A stretch of DNA of 64,000 bases from an uncultured Flavobacteriaceae bacterium. Its GTDB lineage: Bacteria > Bacteroidota > Bacteroidia > Flavobacteriales > Flavobacteriaceae. The notes under the pieces were generated by a model, which worked only from the letters and a program-made list of their open reading frames with translations, ran no database searches and was not told where the DNA came from. The stretch covers positions 1,588-65,587 of the forward strand of contig CAYSNJ010000008.1 in the NCBI GenBank assembly GCA_964432535.1. The letters run 5' to 3'. The position numbers and the translations under genes are program-made. Shown here piece after piece: positions 58,271 through 64,000 of the stretch (position 1 is the stretch's first letter; every line of letters begins with the position of its first letter).

Positions 58271-59284
58271 ATGTTACGAGAATTTAAGAATATAAGACTT
58301 GTTATAATTATTGTTTTTTCACTAATTATTATTTCATGCGCATCTAAATCAGAAAATATTCGTATTAGTGGTGTTGCTCTTGGAGCCCCAATGAATATTA
58401 TTCACGATTCTAAAATCCCTAATAATGATTTAAAAATCGAAATTGACAAACTATTAATTAAGATTAATCAATCAATGTCTACATATCAAATAGATTCTGA
58501 CATTTCTAGAATAAATACTGGTCTTGAAGTTCAAGTTGATTCTTTTTTTAAAGACGTTTTTACTAAATCTTCCGAAGTGTGGAGATTAACTAATGGAGCT
58601 TTCGACCCTACAGTTGGCGCATTAGTAAATGCTTATGGATTTGGCCCTAGTCAAGATTTTATTAACGAGCTAACTAAAATTCAAATAGATAGTCTATTGC
58701 AAATTACTGGATGGAAAAAAATTCATTTAAATTCCGAAGGATACTTAATTAAGTCAAATAAAAACATATCTATTGATTTTAACTCCATAGCCAAAGGATA
58801 TACTGTTGATATGATTGCTAGATATTTAGAAGAAGTCGGAGCTAAAAATTTTCTAGTAGAAATTGGAGGTGAGATTTTAGCAAAAGGAATAAGTTCAAAG
58901 AGTAAAAAACCATGGAAAATAGGGATTGATTTTCCAGAATCAAATTTATCTAAAAGAAGTAATTTCACGACTTATATTCTTGATAATAAATCTATAGCTA
59001 CTTCAGGAAATTATAGACATTTTAGAATTGATAATATAACTGGTAATAAATATGTGCATACTATCGATCCAAGAAGTGGCCTTTCTGTTCAATCTAAAAT
59101 TTTAAGTGCATCGGTAGTTGCTAGTAATTGTATGACAGCTGATGCGTGGGCGACAAGTTTAATGGTTTTATCTCTAGATGAAGGAAAAGAATTAATTGAA
59201 AATAATAAAGATTTAGAAGCATTTTGGATAATAGCAGATAAAGGTGAGTTGAATTCAGTTTATTCTTCAGGCTGGATGAATTAA
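58271..59284 (+). CDS. apbE: FAD:protein FMN transferase (flavin transferase for NqrB/NqrC), lipoprotein
   Basis: About 337 aa from ATG 58271; the ORF-track start at 58256 is a TTG. It has the lipobox IISCAS and ...AFDPTVGALVNAYGFG... and ...IATSGNYR... motifs typical of ApbE. Confidence 0.88.
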   Translation: MLREFKNIRLVIIIVFSLIIISCASKSENIRISGVALGAPMNIIHDSKIPNNDLKIEIDKLLIKINQSMSTYQIDSDISRINTGLEVQVDSFFKDVFTKSSEVWRLTNGAFDPTVGALVNAYGFGPSQDFINELTKIQIDSLLQITGWKKIHLNSEGYLIKSNKNISIDFNSIAKGYTVDMIARYLEEVGAKNFLVEIGGEILAKGISSKSKKPWKIGIDFPESNLSKRSNFTTYILDNKSIATSGNYRHFRIDNITGNKYVHTIDPRSGLSVQSKILSASVVASNCMTADAWATSLMVLSLDEGKELIENNKDLEAFWIIADKGELNSVYSSGWMN

Positions 59285-60049
59285 TTATCTTATATCCTTG
59301 ATAAAATCATTAATTTTATTAATACCCTTATCTTCCAGAAACTTAATAAAAGCAGATCCAATTATCGCACCATTTGAACTCTTGATAGCTGAATTGAATG
59401 TTTCATTGTTACTTATTCCAAATCCAACTATAGTTGGGTTTTTTAAATCCATAGATTTTATTCTTTCAAAATATGCTATTTGATTTTGATTTATTTTTGT
59501 TTTTGCACCAGTTACACTTGCACTACTTACCATATAAATAAATCCATTTGAAACACTATCTATATATCTTACTCTTTCATTAGATGTTTGGGGGGTTATT
59601 AAAAACATATTATATAATCCGTACTTATCAAATAATGATTTATAATTCTTTTCAAATACATCAACAGGAAGATCTGGTATTATTAAGCCATCAATTCCAA
59701 TTAGTTTACATTTTTGACAAAATTTTTCGACTCCATATTGCATAATTGGATTAAAATATCCCATTATAATTAGGGGAATAGTGATCTCTTTTCTAATTCC
59801 TTTAAGTTGATTAAAAAGTTTTTCAGTAGTCATACCGTTTACTAATGCTTTGGTAGAGCTTTTTTGAATAACAGGGCCATCTGCTAAAGGATCTGAGAAT
59901 GGCAAACCAATTTCAATCATATCCACTCCAGAACTCTGTAGATTCTTTAAAATAACTTTAGTGTCCTCAAGCTTAGGATGGCCTGCGGAAAAATAAATTG
60001 ATAATATTTTATCTTTATTTTTAAAGACGTGATCGATTCTGTTTTTCAT
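59285..60049 (-). CDS. trpA: tryptophan synthase alpha chain
   Basis: 254 aa with ...EIGLPFSDPLADGPVIQ... and ...VGFGIS... Confidence 0.93.
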   Translation of the reverse strand: MKNRIDHVFKNKDKILSIYFSAGHPKLEDTKVILKNLQSSGVDMIEIGLPFSDPLADGPVIQKSSTKALVNGMTTEKLFNQLKGIRKEITIPLIIMGYFNPIMQYGVEKFCQKCKLIGIDGLIIPDLPVDVFEKNYKSLFDKYGLYNMFLITPQTSNERVRYIDSVSNGFIYMVSSASVTGAKTKINQNQIAYFERIKSMDLKNPTIVGFGISNNETFNSAIKSSNGAIIGSAFIKFLEDKGINKINDFIKDIR

Positions 60050-61227
60050 AATTGAAAATAATTTATAAATGTATCTAAATCTTTATCGCCTCTTCCAGAG
60101 CAATTAAAAACAATAATATCGTCGGGTTTAAATTTTTTCAAATCTAACACAGCAAATGCATGAGCAGTTTCAATTGCAGGAATTATTCCCTCCATTTGAG
60201 ATAATGTTAATCCCCAATCCATTGCTTCATGATCAGGAATAGAAATAAACTCTGCGCGTTTAGTTTTAAAAAGATTTGCATGCATAGGCCCAACTCCTGG
60301 ATAATCTAAACCGGCTGAAATCGAGTAGGGTTCGGATATTTGACCATCTTTAGTTTGCATTAATAAAGTTTTACTACCGTGAATAATACCTTCTTTTCCC
60401 AGTGCAGATGTGGCAGCACTTTTACCAGAGTTAACTCCTTTTCCAGCAGCTTCAATGGAGATAATATTAACTCTTTTATCATTTAAATAATGATAATAAA
60501 TTCCTGCAGCGTTACTTCCACCTCCTACACATGCAATTAAATAATCTGGATAATCTCTCCCTTCTATTTTTTTTAGTTGAATTTTAATTTCATCACTAAT
60601 AACAGATTGAAAACGAGCTACCATATCTGGATAAGGATGAGGGCCAACTACAGATCCGATAATATAATGAGTATTAACGGGATTGTTAATCCAGTCTCTA
60701 ATAGCTTCGTTAGTAGCATCTTTTAATGTTTTACTTCCTGATGTTGCTGGACGAACTTCAGCTCCTAGCATTTTCATTCTAGCCACATTTGGTGCCTGAC
60801 GTTTAATATCTAGTTCTCCCATATAAACAATACACTCTATTCCCATTAATGCGCATACAGTAGCTGTAGCTACTCCATGTTGTCCTGCACCAGTTTCTGC
60901 AATTATTCGATTTTTACCTAATCGTTTTGCTAAAAGAATTTGACCTATTGTATTATTTACTTTATGAGCTCCAGTATGACACAAATCTTCTCTTTTTAAA
61001 TATATTTTAGTATTGTATTTCTTGGATAAACGTTTTGCAAAATATAGAGGTGTTGGTCTTCCTACATAGGATTTTAAAAGATCATTAAATTCTTTTTTAA
61101 ATTCCGGTTCAGAAGTTATTTTAAGATACTTATCTTTTAATTCAGATACGTTAGGGTATAACATTTCAGGAATAAAAGCACCACCAAAATCACCATAAAA
61201 TCCTTTCTCATCTACATTATAATTCAT
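60046..61227 (-). CDS. trpB: tryptophan synthase beta chain
   Basis: 393 aa with ...LKREDLCHTGAHKVNN... (PLP Lys) and ...GGGSNAAG... Confidence 0.95.
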   Translation of the reverse strand: MNYNVDEKGFYGDFGGAFIPEMLYPNVSELKDKYLKITSEPEFKKEFNDLLKSYVGRPTPLYFAKRLSKKYNTKIYLKREDLCHTGAHKVNNTIGQILLAKRLGKNRIIAETGAGQHGVATATVCALMGIECIVYMGELDIKRQAPNVARMKMLGAEVRPATSGSKTLKDATNEAIRDWINNPVNTHYIIGSVVGPHPYPDMVARFQSVISDEIKIQLKKIEGRDYPDYLIACVGGGSNAAGIYYHYLNDKRVNIISIEAAGKGVNSGKSAATSALGKEGIIHGSKTLLMQTKDGQISEPYSISAGLDYPGVGPMHANLFKTKRAEFISIPDHEAMDWGLTLSQMEGIIPAIETAHAFAVLDLKKFKPDDIIVFNCSGRGDKDLDTFINYFQL

Positions 61228-61834
61228 ATAGTTTTCTTTTAAATTGAGTTAATTTATCTATTTTTTTTAATCCTGGTTTACTTTCAAATTTACTATTAAC
61301 ATCAATGGCATAAATAGGTAAACTGGTTTTTAACAATTTGTGAATTTTATTTATTTCTTCTATACCAATTCCACCACTGAGGAAAAAGGGTTTTTTATAG
61401 TGATAATTATCTAAAATTTCCCAATCAAAACTTTTACCATTACCTCCAGGAAGTTTTCCATATGTATCAAAAAGATAAAAGTCACAACATTTTTCATAAT
61501 AATTCAAATCTTTAAAATTAAAACTAGAATTAAGATTAAAAGATTTAATGATTTCAATTCCCAAACCACTAATTAATCTGCAATATTCAGGAGTTTCCTT
61601 TCCGTGTAGTTGAACTGCTTTAAGTTTGTGTTTTATAATACAATTTTTAAGATCCTCAATAGGTGAGTCAACAAAAACACCAGTTTTTTTTATTGTTTTA
61701 GGTAATTCAATTATTTGATTATTAAAATATCTAGAGGATTTTTTCCAAAAAATAAAACCCATATAATCCGGATTTAGAGTTGAAACGAGTTTAGTGTTAT
61801 CAACATCTCGCATTCCACAAATCTTAAATTTCAT
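61217..61834 (-). CDS. trpF: phosphoribosylanthranilate isomerase
   Basis: MKFKICGM... start at ATG 61834; the ORF-track start at 61840 is a TTG. It has ...VQLHG... and ...FLSGGI... motifs. Confidence 0.88.
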   Translation of the reverse strand: MKFKICGMRDVDNTKLVSTLNPDYMGFIFWKKSSRYFNNQIIELPKTIKKTGVFVDSPIEDLKNCIIKHKLKAVQLHGKETPEYCRLISGLGIEIIKSFNLNSSFNFKDLNYYEKCCDFYLFDTYGKLPGGNGKSFDWEILDNYHYKKPFFLSGGIGIEEINKIHKLLKTSLPIYAIDVNSKFESKPGLKKIDKLTQFKRKLYEL

Positions 61835-62615
61835 CTTCAATTTTTTTTATAAATTCATAGGCACTCTCACCTGGATTATCAGTCTTCATAAAATTTTCAC
61901 CAACTAAAAAACCTTTGAAACCAAATGATTTTAGTTCAATTATTGTTTTGCTATTATTAATTCCACTTTCTGATACTTTAATAAATTCATCAGGTATTTT
62001 CTCAGCTAGTTCTCTACTGGTATCAATATTCACTTCAAAGCTTTTAAGATTTCTATTATTAACTCCAATTAAATCGATTGATGGCATTAGAGACTTATTT
62101 AACTCCTCGAGATCGTGAACTTCTAATAAAACTTCTAAATTTAAATTTTTAGCAAATTTTGAAAGATGTTTTATCTGTTTGTTATTTAGTATTGATGCTA
62201 TTAAAAGAATTACATCCGCACCGTGAGCTTTAGCCTCAATAATTTGAAACTCATCAATAACAAAATCTTTTCTTAAAATTGGTAATTCTGAAGAAGCTCT
62301 CGCTATGTTAAGATCATCTAGAGATCCCCCAAAATACTTTCCTTCAGTAAGAATTGAAATCCCACAAACTCCTGAAGACTCATAACCTTTTATCACATCA
62401 ACAACTGAAAGAGAAGTATTTATATTTAGTTTTGAAGGAGAACGTCGCTTATGTTCTGAAATAATTCCAGAATTACTCTGAATAAGATTTTTTGAAAGAG
62501 AAACAGTTGATTTATTATATAATGGAGATTTTTCTAAATATAAAACTGGAAATAATTTTTTTCGAATTGAGACCTCAATTCTTTTGTCAGCTACAATTCT
62601 ATCTAAAATAGTCAT
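61824..62615 (-). CDS. trpC: indole-3-glycerol phosphate synthase
   Basis: 263 aa with ...IISEHKRRSPSK..., ...LRKDF... and ...IGVNNRNL... Confidence 0.92.
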   Translation of the reverse strand: MTILDRIVADKRIEVSIRKKLFPVLYLEKSPLYNKSTVSLSKNLIQSNSGIISEHKRRSPSKLNINTSLSVVDVIKGYESSGVCGISILTEGKYFGGSLDDLNIARASSELPILRKDFVIDEFQIIEAKAHGADVILLIASILNNKQIKHLSKFAKNLNLEVLLEVHDLEELNKSLMPSIDLIGVNNRNLKSFEVNIDTSRELAEKIPDEFIKVSESGINNSKTIIELKSFGFKGFLVGENFMKTDNPGESAYEFIKKIEDEI

Positions 62616-63607
62616 TATGAACAGATTTTTTGGAGTGATACAAGAGATTCCATTGCTTTCCCAGAATCAAGTGATTCCTTTGCAATTTCATAACCTTCTC
62701 TTGGTGTTATTCCCATTTTTATTGATATTGCTAGAGCTGAATTTACACAAACAACTTGATTTTGAGCTTCAGTTCCTTTTCCTGATAAAACATTCATAAA
62801 TATTTTGGCTGATGATTCTATTGAATTCCCTCCTATAATATCCTTTTCACTTAGAGTAGTTAATCCAAAATATTTAGGATCGATAAGCTCTTCTTTAATA
62901 TTTGAAATTAATTTAGTAGATCCAGTTAAAGAAACTTCATCATAACCATCTAAAGAATGAATTATATTAAATTTCTTGTCTGTGTTTTGATATAAATAAC
63001 CATATATTCTTGCTAGCTCTAAGCTAAAAACTCCTACTATTTGATTTTTGGGAAATGAGGGATTTACCATTGGACCCAAAATATTAAAAAATGTTTTTAC
63101 GGCTAACTCTTTTCTTATGGGGGCTACATTTTTCATAGCAGGGTGAAATAAAGGAGCGTGAAGTATACATATTCCAGCTTTATCGATGCATGACTTTAAA
63201 AAAGTTTCACTATTTGAAAATTTAACACCTAAATATTCCATTACATTACTCGATCCGCAACTAGAAGAAACCCCATAATTTCCGTGTTTTGCGACTTTTA
63301 TTCCTGATCCAGCAGTAACAAAAGAAGCTAGTGTAGAAATATTAAATGTGTCTTTATTGTCACCTCCAGTTCCGCATAAGTCAATAGCATCAAATTCATC
63401 AAGATTAACTCGAATACAGAGTTCTAGCAATGCATCTCTAAATCCTTCTAGTTCTTTTATAGTTATGCTTCTCATCATATAAACAGTTAAAAATGCTGAA
63501 ATTTGACTACTGTTGTATTTTCCATTAGCAATACCATATAAAATATTTTTGGACTCTTTTTTGTCTAAAATTTCATGATGAATTAAGCGGTTTAGTATAG
63601 TCTTCAT
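62615..63607 (-). CDS. trpD: anthranilate phosphoribosyltransferase
   Basis: 330 aa with ...DLCGTGGD...FNIST... and ...VAKHGN... Confidence 0.93.
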   Translation of the reverse strand: MKTILNRLIHHEILDKKESKNILYGIANGKYNSSQISAFLTVYMMRSITIKELEGFRDALLELCIRVNLDEFDAIDLCGTGGDNKDTFNISTLASFVTAGSGIKVAKHGNYGVSSSCGSSNVMEYLGVKFSNSETFLKSCIDKAGICILHAPLFHPAMKNVAPIRKELAVKTFFNILGPMVNPSFPKNQIVGVFSLELARIYGYLYQNTDKKFNIIHSLDGYDEVSLTGSTKLISNIKEELIDPKYFGLTTLSEKDIIGGNSIESSAKIFMNVLSGKGTEAQNQVVCVNSALAISIKMGITPREGYEIAKESLDSGKAMESLVSLQKICS

Positions 63608-63613
63608 TTTTAT

Positions 63614-64000
63614 TTAAGATGTTAACCAATTATTAATAATTTGTTTTCCAAAGGGCGTTAAAATTGATTCAGGATGAAACTGCACGCCTTTAATATCAAA
63701 TACTTTATGTTTTATCGCCATTATTTGTTTGTTATTGTCAATTGCGGTTACTACTAATTCATTTGGTAACGGATTATCTATAACCCAAGAATGATATCTT
63801 CCAACCTCGATTTCAATCGGGATATTATTGAAAAGAGAATCATTTTCAACTATTTTTATTTTGGACGACACTCCATGAAAAACACTTTTAAGGTTCTTTA
63901 AATTTCCACCAAATACCTGACCTATGGCTTGATGTCCTAAACAAATTCCTAAAATTGATTTTGAATTAGCATATTTTATTATACACTCTTTTAATTTTCC
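63614..64000 (-). CDS. trpG: anthranilate synthase component II (glutamine amidotransferase), 5'-truncated by window end
   Basis: The reading frame stays open to base 64000. My translation upstream of the ORF-track start reads ...ILGICLGHQAIGQVFGG...VFHGVSSKIKIV..., the class-I GATase catalytic Cys motif. The 63871 start is an internal GTG. Confidence 0.88.
   Translation of the reverse strand, partial: GKLKECIIKYANSKSILGICLGHQAIGQVFGGNLKNLKSVFHGVSSKIKIVENDSLFNNIPIEIEVGRYHSWVIDNPLPNELVVTAIDNNKQIMAIKHKVFDIKGVQFHPESILTPFGKQIINNWLTS

Noticed and set aside
63614-63871. ORF-track model of an 85-aa protein starting MSSKIKIV
   Set aside because: The start is an internal GTG. The frame remains open to the window edge and upstream residues carry the GATase catalytic motif, so this is the 3' part of trpG.
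1-64000. Search for mobile elements, CRISPR arrays, prophage, toxin-antitoxin or defence islands, including next to the two tRNA genes
   Set aside because: No ORF has integrase, transposase, Cas, restriction, toxin or phage-like features by eye. There are no direct-repeat/spacer arrays and no long repeats flank the tRNAs. Gene content is continuous housekeeping on both sides, so I do not claim any such system.

Overview
This is an AT-rich, very compact chromosomal segment, with coding sequence on both strands and most intergenic gaps under 100 bp. Gene content and promoter motifs point to a genome-streamlined, probably marine, member of the Flavobacteriia (Bacteroidota). Supporting signs are -33 TTTG / -7 TAnnTTTG promoter boxes, a GldA-like orphan ABC ATPase, an ExbB-ExbD-TonB cluster and a Na+-NQR operon. 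Almost everything is housekeeping: gltBD, anmK, an NhaD-type antiporter, folC, two tRNAs (Val-TAC, Leu-TAG), two ECF sigma modules, lpxK, lipA, an NRAMP transporter, ruvC, hemW, phoA, waaA, fabD, folA, thyA, pdhB and a membrane pyrophosphatase. There is also a metK-metY-metX cluster, a pheA/aminotransferase/tyrA/DAHP-synthase-chorismate-mutase operon, pruA, nqrABCDEF plus apbE, and trpGDCFBA with trpG cut by the window end. I saw no transposase, integrase, phage genes, CRISPR array, toxin-antitoxin pair or recognisable defence genes, and no convincing novel multi-gene system. The best leads are regulatory or small. (1) An 18-codon Phe/Tyr-rich leader peptide plus an intrinsic terminator abutting the pheA start, which looks like a ribosome-mediated attenuator. 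(2) A structured 5' leader before metK, possibly a SAM-responsive RNA of unresolved class. (3) A Cys-rich single-TM miniprotein, an ECF sigma and an NRAMP gene in one operon with no canonical anti-sigma; the miniprotein could be NqrM-like. (4) An uncharacterised ORF wedged between nqrF and apbE. (5) Many convergent gene pairs that share or overlap stop codons. All functional calls come from reading the translated ORFs by eye; no database search was run.
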